Below, in pieces: positions 1 to 14,462 of a stretch of DNA of 64,000 nt (its first letter is position 1; each line of letters starts with the position of its first letter). Source of the stretch: Escherichia coli (GTDB taxonomy: Bacteria; Pseudomonadota; Gammaproteobacteria; Enterobacterales; Enterobacteriaceae); NCBI RefSeq assembly GCF_041248615.1, contig NZ_CP158426.1, one strand, 5' to 3'. The translations under genes and the position numbers were made by a program. The notes beneath the pieces are model-generated. The model did not search any database and was not told where the DNA came from. It saw only the letters and a list, made by a program, of their open reading frames with translations.

Positions 1-1
1 T

Positions 2-130
2 ATCTGTAAGACACTCATAAAGAATGATTTCTGGTGTCGGACCCTCTCCTTCAGTCCGAACAAACCCCGGCACTATGAACGTTATCTGCAGCGTATGAAA
101 GAAAGGAGGAAGGAATGGGGGATTCTGTGA
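2..130 (+). CDS. 3' end of upstream ORF (possibly ibrA-like partner), truncated by window start
   Basis: Open frame from window edge to TGA at 128-130; its stop overlaps the ATG (115) of the next gene, indicating translational coupling. Only 43 codons visible; identity not determinable. Confidence 0.3.
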   Translation: MCKTLIKNDFWCRTLSFSPNKPRHYERYLQRMKERRKEWGIL

Positions 131-759
131 CACCTGAGGTGGAAGTATTGAGCAACATGATTCGACAGTACTTCAGTCAGGAACGATCTGAAGAAGAGAC
201 CATACGAGCCCTTAATCATCTGCGCAGGGTGTTGCATGAGGTCAGCCCTTTTGCACAGGAGCCTGTGGATTGTGTGTTGTGGGTGAAAGCGGATGAGGTG
301 GTGGCCAACGATTACAATCCCAATGTCATGTCTTCCAGTGAAAAAAAACTGCTTAAACATTCACTGGAGCAGGATGGATTCACGCAGCCTGTGGTGGTTT
401 CGGAAGAGAAGGAGCATTATCTGGTCGTGGATGGTTTTCATCGTCAGTTGCTGGGCAGGAAAGCGGATACGAGAAAACGTCTGAAGGGCTGGCTGCCAGT
501 GGCCTGTATTAATCCAGAGAGAAAGGGACAGGCATCACGTATTGCCGCAACCATACGGCATAACCGTGCCAGGGGAAAACACCAGGTAACGTCAATGTCT
601 GACATTGTCAGGGACCTCTCACGTCTGGGCTGGACAGATGAGCGTATTGGCACAGAGTTGGGCATGGACCAGGATGAAGTGCTGAGGCTGAAACAGATTA
701 GCGGGCTGACAGAGCTGTTTCAGGAAGAGGATTTCAGCCCTGCATGGACGGTTCGTTAA
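115..759 (+). CDS. ParB/Srx-fold, DndB-like (DGFHR motif) protein; IbrB-like
   Basis: 214-aa ORF with motifs NDYNPN ... LVVDGFHRQLLGRKA typical of ParB-like nuclease/DGQHR domains; resembles my recollection of E. coli IbrB. Confidence 0.5.
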   Translation: MGDSVTPEVEVLSNMIRQYFSQERSEEETIRALNHLRRVLHEVSPFAQEPVDCVLWVKADEVVANDYNPNVMSSSEKKLLKHSLEQDGFTQPVVVSEEKEHYLVVDGFHRQLLGRKADTRKRLKGWLPVACINPERKGQASRIAATIRHNRARGKHQVTSMSDIVRDLSRLGWTDERIGTELGMDQDEVLRLKQISGLTELFQEEDFSPAWTVR

Positions 760-779
760 GGGCTATGTTCTGACGAGAG

Positions 780-1070
780 TGTAATTTAAATTTTGTAATT
801 GCCTGTTTTTGATATGTTCCCTACACCGTGGAGACAGGCAATTGATAAACAAGAATCCAATGCTATTGCTGCCGAACTGGTAAATTGCCTTAAAACCGAA
901 TCTGATCTTAACCTGTTTTTATACATGCTTACGAAGTGTACTGTTAAAGATGAGCTTAGCGCTGAACTCACAGAGCATCTTGGACATGAGAACACCTGAG
1001 AATAAAGGCAGCAATGCAAGTAAAGACTACTCGATTAAAACGCTGCTCATAAATGATGCCCTAACAATTT
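780..1070 (+). mobile_element. IS256-family remnant (diverged, frameshifted transposase N-terminus)
   Basis: Terminal sequence gtaattgcctgtttttgatatgttc matches the left end of the intact IS256-family copies; translated fragment ELVNCLKTESDL...LTEHLGHE parallels the N-terminus of the 402-aa transposase. Confidence 0.5.
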
Positions 1071-1252
1071 GTGAAATAGTATTTCGTCCGGGTGTTCGCT
1101 TTGTTTATGTCGTTACGGGGAAGTCATCTTCACAGGGATTTTTAGTCAGTTAGCATTACCGATATCCATTCACTAACTTACCGGAGATAATTGATGTCAA
1201 AACCCCAATGGACCATTGAACAGTAAGCGGTTCGCCAGAACCGTATTGATAT

Positions 1253-2262
1253 TTACTGAGAGCTCAGATCAACTTTCCAGGGCAACAGATCGCGTACCCG
1301 GTTTGTCGGCCAGTCCTGGATATGCTCAATGACGTAACGCAGCCATTTTTCTGGTTCAACATTGTTCAGACGGCATGTGCCGATCAGCGAGTACAACACC
1401 GCCGCATGTTCGCCACCGCTGTCGGAACCCGCGAACAACCAGTTTTTCCGGCCTACGTCCACTCCCCGTAAGGCGTTCTCTGCGATGTTGTTGTCGATTT
1501 CCACCCAGCCATTACTGCAGTACACGTTCAGGCTATCTCACTGTTTCAGCAGGTAGGCGAACGCTTTTACCGTATCCGAGTGACGCGACAGTGTTTTCAT
1601 CTGGGTCTGTATCCAGTCATACAGTGACTGCATCAGTGGCGCAGCTCTGGCTTTTCTTGCCGCCAGACGCTGTTCTGCTGTACATCCCCGGACTTCTGCC
1701 TCGATGGCATACAGTTCACCGATACGCTGCAGGGCTTCCGTGGTGATGTCAGTTGGCGCTCTTGCATGCAAATCGTGGATTTTCCTCCGGGCATGGGCCA
1801 TACACGCGGCTTCCGTTATTCTGCCGGATTCGTATAACGCCCGGTAACCACCGTAAGTATCGGCCTGAAGCACACCGCTGTAACCGGCCAGATGATTCTG
1901 TGGATGGATACCTTTCCGGTCCTGACTGTACGCGAACCAGACCGCCGGGGGCATCTCCGACCCGGCATTACGGTCATCACGGACGTAGACCCACAGCCTG
2001 TCCGTTCGGTTTTTACCACTGCCTGGCTCCTGGACCGGAACGGGGATATCATCAGCATGGACTTTACCGGGCATCAGCACATACTGGCGCAGGACGTCAT
2101 ACAGCGGCTCCAGCAGTTCAGCAACGGTGTCAGCTCCACGTCCTGACTGCGGTATATTTCTGACTGACGGTATAACGGCAGATGGTCTGCATACTTCCCG
2201 GTGACAACATGGGCCAGAAGCCCCGCTCCGGCATAACTGTGTGCAATGGGTTTTGAATGAGC
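1253..2262 (-). pseudogene. IS66-family transposase TnpC, 3' portion (frameshifted)
   Basis: ORFs 1253-1525, 1538-2296 and 2074-2292 carry IS66 TnpC-like sequence in different frames ([23 protein letters not shown] ...). Confidence 0.6.
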
Positions 2263-4215
<1,953 letters not shown>

Positions 4216-4771
4216 TGAGCCGGCGCCTGCACGATATGGTCACACCGACAACAGGCCAGTTTCGGACTTGTGTTTCGATAACCTTAAAGGCGCAGCTGAT
4301 AAGCTCCAGCTGCTCTGACACATCACATCCCAGAGAACTGAGTTCACCACCACAGGCAGGACAGCATTCCTCTTCTGGCCGGATAACCCGGGTTTCACGG
4401 GGAAGTGAGGCCGGTAACTGTTTACAGGCTGAAGACTGACGCAGGGCGGCGGATGGCAGTACCGGGTCATATTGCTCACCCAGCGTTTCCGCCATTTCTT
4501 CCTGAAGTGTGCTGATTCTCTCCTGTGCTTCCTGTATCTGTCGTTCGGTTTTTGCGCGAAGTTTTTCTGAGCTTTTACCGAAATGCATACGTTGCAGTTT
4601 CGCAACCAGCGCCTTCAGCCGGTTGATTTCAGAAGCATAAGCCGCCACCCTCTGTGAGAGCAGGCGGTTGTATTCAGCCATCTGGCGGATGGTGTCCTGT
4701 TGCGTCTGCAACAGTGCCCGCAGGCGGGGATTCTCATGAGCAAGTGAGGTGTCCATATACTCGCTTTGCAA
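4216..4771 (-). pseudogene. IS66-family transposase TnpC, 5' portion (split from 3' portion by IS100)
   Basis: MQSEYMDTSLAHENPRLRALLQ...EECCPACGGEL...; frameshift near 4260; frame continues across the IS100 insertion site into the 2074-2292 fragment. Confidence 0.6.
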
Positions 4772-4775
4772 CGGG

Positions 4776-5060
4776 TTATATCCGGATGCCAGGCCGTTCT
4801 GTCCGTTTGGGATGTTGCCACGCGATCCCCTCCAGTAGCATGGATAACTGAGCTGGCGTCAGGTGCACTTTCCCTTCCCGGGTCACCGGCCAGATGAAGC
4901 GGCCCCGTTCCAGGCGTTTGGCGAACAGGCATAACCCATCACGATCGGCCCACAGTATTTTCACCATTTTGCCACTGCGGCCCCGGAAGACGAAGATATG
5001 CCCGGAGAACGGGTCATCCTTCAGGACGTTCTGAACTTTTGAGGACAGGCCGTTAAAGCC
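4776..5060 (-). pseudogene. IS66-family TnpB, 5'-truncated by IS21 insertion
   Basis: GFNGLSSKVQNVLKDDPFSGHIFVFRGRSGKMVKILWADRDGLCLFAKRLERGRF typical of IS66 TnpB; residues upstream of GFNGL are encoded by the IS21 end. Confidence 0.6.
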
Positions 5061-5161
5061 TGTCAGCGCCAGTGATATAAGACGGTAATTCACCATTTGG
5101 ATTGTCCGCTCCACCCAACATGTTGTTTCCTTAAGGTTCTCACACCAGAAAGGACATCAAC

Positions 5162-6334
5162 ATGCTGAGCAGAGAGGACTTTTACATGATAAAGCAAATG
5201 CGCCAGCAGGGCGCGTACATTGTCGATATTGTGACTCAGATTGGTTGCTCTGAACGAACGGTCAGACGCTACCTCAAATACCCTGAACCGCCAGCCAGAA
5301 GGACCCGCCACAAAATGGTTAAGCTGAAACCGTTTATGGATTACATCGACATGCGCCTGGCAGAGAATGTCTGGAATAGCGCGGTTATCTTCGCGGAGAT
5401 TAAGGCAATGGGCTATACGGGCGGACGTTCCATGCTGCGTTACTACATCCAGCCCAAACGTAAAATGCGTCCGTCAAAAAGAACAGTTCGCTTCGAAACT
5501 CAGCCTGGATACCAGCTCCAGCACGACTGGGGCGAAGTTGAGGTGGAAGTTGCCGGGCAACGGTGCAAAGTTAACTTTGCGGTTAATGCGCTGGGGTTCT
5601 CCCGCCGCTTTCATGTCTTCGCTGCCCCAAAACAGGATGCTGAGAATACCTACGAATCACTGGTTCGCGCCTTCCGCTACTTCGGTGGTTGTGTGAAAAC
5701 GGTGCTGGTTGATAACCAGAAGGCTGCGGTGCTGAAGAATAACAACGGGAAAGTCGTGTTCAACTCCGGATTTCTGTTGCTGGCTGACCACTATAACTTC
5801 CTGCCACGGGCATGCCGTCCACGCAGGGCCAGAACAAAAGGTAAGGTTGAGCGGATGGTGAAATACCTCAAGGAGAACTTCTTCGTCCGGTACCGCAGGT
5901 TCGACAGCTTCACTCATGTCAATCAACAACTGGAGCAATGGATAGCCGATGTGGCTGACAAACGGGAGCTTCGTCAGTTCAAAGAAACGCCGGAACAGCG
6001 CTTCGCGCTGGAGCAGGAATATCTGCAGCCGTTACCGGATACGGACTTCGATACCAGTTACTTTGACATCCGCCATGTGTCCTGGGACAGCTATATCGAG
6101 GTTGGTGGTAATCGTTACAGCGTTCCCGAAGCGCTGTGTGGTCAGCCGGTATCGATACGAATATCGCTGGATGACGAGTTGCGGATCTACAGTAATGAGA
6201 AACTGGTGGCCTCACATCGCCTCTGTTCGGCATCGTCTGGCTGGCAGACAGTGCCGGAGCATCACACCCCGCTCTGGCAGCAGGTCAGTCAGGTGGAACA
6301 TCGACTACTGAGTGCCTATGAGGAGCTGTTGTGA
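5162..6334 (+). CDS. istA: IS21 transposase IstA
   Basis: 390-aa ORF MLSREDFYMIKQMRQQGAYIVDI... matching recalled IS21 IstA. Confidence 0.8.
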   Translation: MLSREDFYMIKQMRQQGAYIVDIVTQIGCSERTVRRYLKYPEPPARRTRHKMVKLKPFMDYIDMRLAENVWNSAVIFAEIKAMGYTGGRSMLRYYIQPKRKMRPSKRTVRFETQPGYQLQHDWGEVEVEVAGQRCKVNFAVNALGFSRRFHVFAAPKQDAENTYESLVRAFRYFGGCVKTVLVDNQKAAVLKNNNGKVVFNSGFLLLADHYNFLPRACRPRRARTKGKVERMVKYLKENFFVRYRRFDSFTHVNQQLEQWIADVADKRELRQFKETPEQRFALEQEYLQPLPDTDFDTSYFDIRHVSWDSYIEVGGNRYSVPEALCGQPVSIRISLDDELRIYSNEKLVASHRLCSASSGWQTVPEHHTPLWQQVSQVEHRLLSAYEELL

Positions 6335-6858
6335 TGCATGAGCTGGAAGTCCTGCTGAGTCGCCTGAAAATGGAGCATCTGAGTTATCACGTTGAAAGCC
6401 TGCTGGAACAGGCAGCTAAAAAAGAGCTGAACTACCGGGAGTTCCTGTGCATGGCGCTACAGCAGGAATGGAACGGCAGGCATCAGCGCGGTATGGAGTC
6501 CAGGCTGAAGCAGGCTCGTCTGCCGTGGGTCAAAACGCTGGAGCAGTTCGACTTTACCTTCCAGCCGGGCATCTACCGTAAGGTTGTCCGGGAACTGGCT
6601 GGTCTGGCGTTCGTGGAGCGCAGCGAAAACGTGATCCTGCTGGGACCTCCTGGTGTCGGAAAAACTCATCTGGCCATAGCTCTTGGCGTGAAAGCGGTGG
6701 ATGCGGGACATCGGGTACTGTTTATGCCACTGGACAGACTGATCGCGACACTGATGAAAGCGAAACAGGAAAACCGGCTGGAGCGTCAGCTACAGCAACT
6801 GAGTTATGCCCGGGTGTTGATCCTGGATGAAATAGGCTATCTGCCGATGAACAGAGAG
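6331..6858 (+). pseudogene. istB: IS21 IstB, C-terminally truncated
   Basis: Walker [12 protein letters not shown] and LILDEIGYLP present; sequence after ~6858 is unrelated read-through. Confidence 0.7.
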
Positions 6859-8286
<1,428 letters not shown>

Positions 8287-8939
8287 TGAACTGAATTTAC
8301 TTTGAAAAAATGTAAAAACATTTAAATCATAGCCAGAAGCCGCGATTATTCAGTGCTTCTCATTTTATATTTTCTGCAAATTTATATGTGGTATAAAATA
8401 ACACCCTTGTCATTCAGGTATAAAATATCATCATCGTACAGTAAAGGATATATAAATATAAAATTATACTATTCAAAATATGGTGCATTCTTATTCATGA
8501 TAGGAATACTTAGAACATCATTTTTTCATTGTAGACCATGATTTCGGATTTGAAAAGTTCCTTCCCCAGTAATCTCTAGTTTTTATTCTCAATTCAACCC
8601 AACTCTTCCCTATACAAACTAAAAAACATTGTTCTATTGATAGATACTTCTCAGTAATCAGATAAAAAACTATAATATTGCTGTGCATGATGTACATATT
8701 TAAAATGTCATGAGTACATCCCTTTTATTTGAAAAACAAACTAAAAGAAATCACTTAAATAAAATGTTTTTATATCGTGGTATTTAAGAAAACTTATATC
8801 AAAAAATAAGATATTGACCTTTATTTAAAATTAGATTAGATTGCAAAGATAAGAATACGTGTGATTATTTCTTTAAACACCTGTAAAAATTTATTAGAGC
8901 ATAGTTATATTATTGAACATTGTATTGCTTAGGTAAGGT

Positions 8940-10199
8940 ATGCTGGTATCTAACTATAATTATGTAATCAGCCGTCGTCGTTTACTGCAAGGTGCGGGCG
9001 CCATGTGGCTATTGAGCGTAAGTCAGGTCAGCCTGGCTGCGGTCAGCCAGGTCGTGGCGGTACGCGTCTGGCCTGCGTCCAGCTACACCCGCGTGACGGT
9101 AGAATCAAATCGTCAGCTGCAATATAAGCAGTTCGCGTTAAGTAACCCTGAACGTGTGGTGGTGGATATCGAAGATGTAAACCTGAACTCGGTACTCAAG
9201 GGGATGGCGGCACAAATTCGTGCAGACGACCCGTTCATCAAGTCGGCGCGCGTCGGGCAATTTGACCCGCAAACCGTACGCATGGTTTTTGAATTAAAGC
9301 AAAACGTAAAACCGCAGCTGTTTGCCCTTGCGCCGGTCGCCGGGTTTAAAGAGCGTCTGGTGATGGACCTCTATCCGGCCAATGCACAGAATATGCAGGA
9401 CCCGCTGCTGGCGCTGCTGGAGGATTACAACAAAGGCGACCTCGAAAAGCAGGTGCCGCCAGCACAAAGTGGTCCACAACCGGGTAAAGCAGGGCGTGAT
9501 CGTCCGATTGTCATTATGCTTGACCCCGGCCACGGTGGCGAAGACCCCGGTGCGGTGGGGAAATACAAAACACGCGAAAAAGACGTGGTATTGCAAATAG
9601 CTCGCCGTCTGCGCTCTCTGATCGAAAAAGAGGGTAATATGAAGGTGTACATGACGCGCAATGAAGACATCTTCATTCCGTTGCAAGTGCGTGTAGCAAA
9701 AGCACAGAAACAACGTGCTGACCTTTTTGTTTCTATCCATGCTGATGCCTTTACCAGTCGCCAGCCGAGCGGTTCTTCCGTGTTTGCGCTTTCGACCAAA
9801 GGCGCGACAAGTACTGCGGCAAAATATCTGGCACAAACCCAGAACGCCTCGGACTTGATTGGCGGCGTGAGCAAAAGCGGTGACCGCTATGTCGACCACA
9901 CCATGTTCGATATGGTGCAGTCTCTGACCATTGCCGACAGCCTGAAGTTGGGTAAAGCGGTGCTGAATAAGCTCGGTAAAATCAACAAGCTGCATAAAAA
10001 TCAGGTTGAACAGGCCGGGTTTGCCGTGCTGAAAGCACCTGATATTCCCTCCATTCTGGTCGAAACGGCGTTTATCAGTAACGTTGAGGAAGAGCGCAAA
10101 CTGAAAACGGCAAGATTCCAACAACAAGTGGCAGAATCTATCCTAGAGGGAATTAAAGAGTATTTTTCGGATATAGACGCGTTAGCGAGAAAAGCATAA
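8940..10199 (+). CDS. AmiC-like Tat-exported N-acetylmuramoyl-L-alanine amidase (AMIN + amidase_3 domains)
   Basis: 419 aa; twin-arginine signal [19 protein letters not shown]-like N-domain; amidase_3 core MLDPGHGG...; sits in AT-rich island DNA, not between argA and recD. Confidence 0.75.
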   Translation: MLVSNYNYVISRRRLLQGAGAMWLLSVSQVSLAAVSQVVAVRVWPASSYTRVTVESNRQLQYKQFALSNPERVVVDIEDVNLNSVLKGMAAQIRADDPFIKSARVGQFDPQTVRMVFELKQNVKPQLFALAPVAGFKERLVMDLYPANAQNMQDPLLALLEDYNKGDLEKQVPPAQSGPQPGKAGRDRPIVIMLDPGHGGEDPGAVGKYKTREKDVVLQIARRLRSLIEKEGNMKVYMTRNEDIFIPLQVRVAKAQKQRADLFVSIHADAFTSRQPSGSSVFALSTKGATSTAAKYLAQTQNASDLIGGVSKSGDRYVDHTMFDMVQSLTIADSLKLGKAVLNKLGKINKLHKNQVEQAGFAVLKAPDIPSILVETAFISNVEEERKLKTARFQQQVAESILEGIKEYFSDIDALARKA

Positions 10200-10380
10200 T
10201 TTAAAAATGTTTAATATTCTATGTTCTCGGTCATATTTTATTAATTTGGATGAATATATGCTGTTAGTGCTGTATTCTCCGTTTGGATACACCTTTACCT
10301 TAGCGATATAGTTGTGTTATTCATATATAAATATGCCCCGTTTTAATTCCATGCATTTTTATATCTTGGTCAAATAATGG

Positions 10381-11150
10381 TGTCGTCGATATTCTTCCAG
10401 CGTCTTATTGTTCAGTGATTCATGTGTGCGTTCATAGCTATATTCTGATAACCATTTCTCCGTAATTTCTAGAACTTCATTCAGCGTTCTGAACAGATAA
10501 AAATCGAGTATTTCTGTACGGTGTGTCCTGTTAAAACGCCCAATAAAAGCGTTCTACGTCAGCTTACCCGGCTGGATAAACTCCCGTTTTACTGCGTGTA
10601 TATCAGCCCATTCAGCCAGCGTTAGAGAGATAAATTCCGAACCATTATCTATGCGCAGCATGACCGGATAACTGCGATTTGCCGCGAACCTGCTGCCTCA
10701 GAACCTGAAAAAGTTTTGAAAAACCGTATCGAGGATATCGCTCGTCCACTGCCTGCACCACCACAATAACGGGGTCGTACCACGTGGTATCCGGACGGTA
10801 ATGGGAAACCGTTCTGCTCTGGTTCAGACTCCGGCAGGCCTGATGGACACTGAGTCCAAATGTCGTTATCTGATGAGTAACAAGCTCACGCTTACAGGCT
10901 GGTTTTAAAGCTTTTTTCGATAATGTCTTTCAATGCCGGTTCTCTAGGCTAAGGTCGGCAAGCATCTGTTTTGGACGTCGGTTCTCGTCCTCAAGATCCT
11001 CGTTCTTTTTAATATCAGGTGACTCTATGCATCGTATCTGGGCTTCCAGTTCATGGAATGGAGTACCCCCTCCTTTTGCGGTTAACTGTACGAAATGCAC
11101 TCACTCAGCAGGGGAATCACAATGAATATCGTATTCCTGGGTATTGATCT
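10381..11150 (-). mobile_element. IS3-family transposase remnant (multiple stops/frameshifts)
   Basis: Reverse translation gives ...RIDNGSEFISLTLAEWADIHAVKREFIQPGK...ERTHESLNNKTLEEYR with in-frame stops. Confidence 0.55.
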
Positions 11151-11650
11151 GGATAAAAATATCTTTCAGCTCTGCGGGTTAAATTAGGTCGGTAATCCGG
11201 TTTATTCAAAACGTATTGGCCGAAAAGAATTACTCCAAATAGTGGCGAATATTCCGGCCTTCCTAATTGATGTAGGGCATCCACATGGGAATTTTACTGG
11301 CAGAGTGAATTTAAAAAACTGGGGCATAACGTAAAGGTCCTCAACCCACAGTATGTAACTCCCTTTGTCTGTGGGCAAAAAATGACGGTAATGATGCACA
11401 GGCCATCGCAGTGCTTCTGATGTAACCGACAATGCTGTTCATGCCTCCAAAAAGCTCGGAACAACAGGATATCTACGCTTTGCACCGGGCAAGGCAGCAT
11501 ATTGTTAATGTGACCGTTTGTCAAATCAGGGGACTGTTGCTTGATTGGGGAATAACTATCGGCGCGGTAGTTTCAAGAGATCGTCGTGCTATGTCAACGC
11601 CAAGATTATTGGCCGTTTTGGGGATGCGGACGATTTCCTGGACTTCTTTA
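11122..11650 (+). pseudogene. IS110-family transposase, N-terminal fragment
   Basis: MNIVFLGIDLDKNIFQLCG...QYVTPFVCGQKNDGNDAQAIA with stops; continues in ORF 11432-11707. Confidence 0.55.
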
Positions 11651-12555
11651 TTATTCCAGCCTACATTGTTGGCGGTACATTTCAGGGCTGTCTTCACCCA
11701 GCGATAATTTTATACGCCGCTCGTTATACCCTCTGATGTAAGCATCCACATGCTGCATGAACTTTTCCGGCATGATGCCCGACCATTTACGCCCATAATA
11801 CATTTCCGTTTTCAGTCTGCCGAAAAAGCCTTCGCATGCGGCATCATCCTTACGGGACATTGAGTGAATAAGACCTGCGGCATTAACTCTTTCCAGCCAG
11901 CCTGGCCAGCGATAATGCCCACCTCTGCCACTGTGTATCATCGGTCGTTCGCCAGCATTTAACGTTTTGACAGCGTTATCCAGCATAGCGTTAACCAGTT
12001 CTGCGTCGGGGCGTGTACTGAGAGACCAGCTCACAACTTTTCCATCGAAGCAGTCCACCACCTGTGACAGCCAGACTTTTCCTGCAGGAAGCTGGAACTC
12101 CGTTATATCTGTCAGCCATTTCTGATTAGGTTGGTCCTCCTTAAAATCTCTGGCGATAAGGTTATCCGGATCCGGTCCGATTTCTCCGCAATATGAGCTG
12201 TAGCGGCGACGACGGTTACGGCTGACGACAAGCTGTTCCTTCACCATAAGTCTGCTTACAACCTTTTCTGATAGCTGACCCCCTCATGCCTGAGCATCGC
12301 ATGCAGGCGACGATAGCCATAACACTGGTAATTACTGTTAACTATATCTGTCAGCATCGTACGTATCGTGGCGTATTTATCACCGGCTTTCAGTGCAGCC
12401 CGGTGATAAAAATAACTGCTACGGGCAAGCCCCAGAACATGCAGTAATTCTGTCAGGGGATATGTTTGTCTCAGGGCATCAGCGATATTTGTTTTTTCTC
12501 TGTTGTTTAGGTGACTGATACTGATGCCCGGGTCTAATGAGATGGTCACCCCCAC
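11651..12555 (-). pseudogene. IS3-family (IS150-group-like) OrfB in two pieces
   Basis: ORFs 12256-12555 and 11651-12247 together form an rve/DDE-type OrfB (HSGRGGHY...SMSRKDDAACEGFFGRLK). Confidence 0.6.
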
Positions 12556-12603
12556 CCTGTGAGCGGTACGCTGACAGGGTGGGTTATTTTAGAGGGCACC
12601 ATC

Positions 12604-13590
12604 ATGTAAAACGTTGCGCTTATTGGTATCGATCTCGGTAAACATTCTTTCCATATTCATTGTCAAGATAAATCTGGCAATGCGCTTTTGCGTAAAAAGT
12701 TTACGCGTACGAAGCTGATGCAGTTTCTGGCAACATGTCCATCCTCAGTAGTTGTTATGGAAGCCTGCGCTGGTACGCATTTTATGGCCCGGCGTATCAG
12801 CGACATCGGTCATGAAGAAAAACTTATCTCTCCGTAATTCGTGCGTCCGTTTGTCAAAGGTAATAAGAATGATTTTATTGATGCAGAAGCCATATGCAAA
12901 GCGGCTTCACGACCATCAATGCGTTTTGTCCAGCCCAGAACAGAAACCCAGCAGGCAATGAGGGCATTACATCGGGTCAGAGAATCGCTCATCAGAGATA
13001 AGGTGAAAAAAAACAACCAGATCCACGGTTTCTTGCTGGAATTTGGAATCAGACTGCCGACAGGGGATGCCGCAATAAAATGGTTATCTCTGGCGTTAGC
13101 TGAACACGAAATACCTGAATATCTGAGTCGCTTGCTGATGAAATTACATGCTCACTATCTTTATCGTATTGAGCAAATAACAGAACTGGAATCAGAGTTA
13201 AACCAGTCAATCAAAGCTGACGCTACTGTGCAACGAATCATGACAATCCCCGGTGTTGGGCCGATGACGGCCAGCCTGCTATCATCCCAGCTTGGTGATG
13301 GTAAACAATTTTCGTGCAGTAGGGATTTTGCAGCATCCACAGGACTTGTTCCCCGACAATACAGTACCGGTGGTAAATCAATGCTGCTGGGGATCAGCAA
13401 ACGAGTCGGTTACTTGTTCTGTACGCCCGCTCGTTCATGATGCGGCTGGAGCATCAATAGGGCAGAGTTGCTGAATGGGTTCAAAAGCAACTCGACAATA
13501 AGCATTCAAATATTGTCGCCTGCGCTCTGGCAAATAAACTGGCCCGAATAGCCTGGGCAATCACTGCTCTGCACAAAGAATATCAGGCCT
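12604..13590 (+). pseudogene. IS110-family transposase (second type), stops and frameshifts
   Basis: LIGIDLGKHSFHIHCQD...FVKGNKNDFIDAEAICKAASRP... then ORF 12841-13440; TAA at codon 2 and further stops. Confidence 0.55.
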
Positions 13591-13842
13591 GATATAGATA
13601 CTGACAAAACTCAATTAGCTTATTTTAAAAAATAAGATACAAGTTACCTGTCTGGTTTTGCGAAGACTGATTATTGATGACATGAACGGCAAATAGACCT
13701 GATTAAAAACCTGACAGAAAAAATGGCTCACTGAAGCCGAGGGTCTTTTTAGGATTATCAGGTGCGGAACTCATCGAGGCGCGGGTCTCCTTGTCCACAG
13801 AGACGCCGGATAGATTTAAGCAAGCCCACCATTAATCAAAAA

Positions 13843-14462
13843 TCAGTGTAGCAAAAACGGGGGTGACCATAGATTTTTTATGATTTTCTCCGCTTTTTTC
13901 AGAATATCCAGTTCCATCTGCCGGCGGCGTATTTCCTGATTCAGTCGGGCGACTTCCTCCCGCAACGCATCGCGTTCTGCCTCTAGGGAAGGTTCGTTAT
14001 GTTTACGCATAGTCTGGTAAGCACTGTTGCCGATAATTTCATCTTTCCATTTATACAATACCGCACGACTGACACCAATACGCCTAGAGATTTCACTGGC
14101 TGATATTTGTCGTGTACAGAATGCCATGACAGCCTGACGTTTGACTTCTGGTTCAAAGGGCGCAACCGGACTGGTCTTACTGGTAAATATACGTCGTCTG
14201 CCGGGGTAACGTTCATTAACCCAGCGAGCGAGCACATCGGTACAGGGATAACCCAGAGTTCTACTGGTAAACGCTAGGCAGCAGCCGTGGTTAAGATAAT
14301 GTTCAACGGCAACTTGTTTTTGCTCATCTGTGTAACGGGGCTTATGGCGAATGGATTCTTTTGCTCCGCCACCTGATTCCTATGAACGGATCCAACGCCG
14401 CAGATTTCTTTTCGAAGGGTAGCCCAGTTCGCGTACGACGGGAGCCAGCTTCTTACCATTGA
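13843..14462 (-). mobile_element. IS3-family OrfA-like remnant (double HTH plus leucine zipper)
   Basis: ORF 13843-14235 ends ...RRRQMELDILKKAEKII, a typical IS3 OrfA C-terminus; upstream part has a stop. Confidence 0.4.

Larger units (their letters stand above)
5061..6858 (+). mobile_element. IS21, 3'-truncated
   Basis: Begins TGTCAGCGCC at 5061; complete istA, then istB diverges after LPMNRE near 6858 where IS110-like sequence starts; no right end present. Confidence 0.65.

Noticed and set aside
8353-8541. 62-aa ORF in the AT-rich region upstream of the AmiC-like gene
   Set aside because: Low-complexity translation of AT-rich DNA (Ile/Tyr/Lys/Phe-rich) with no ribosome-binding site.
9294-10127. 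277-aa minus-strand ORF (and 9425-9874) inside the AmiC-like gene
   Set aside because: Antisense to a well-supported coding region with clear domain motifs; typical spurious ORF in GC-rich coding sequence.
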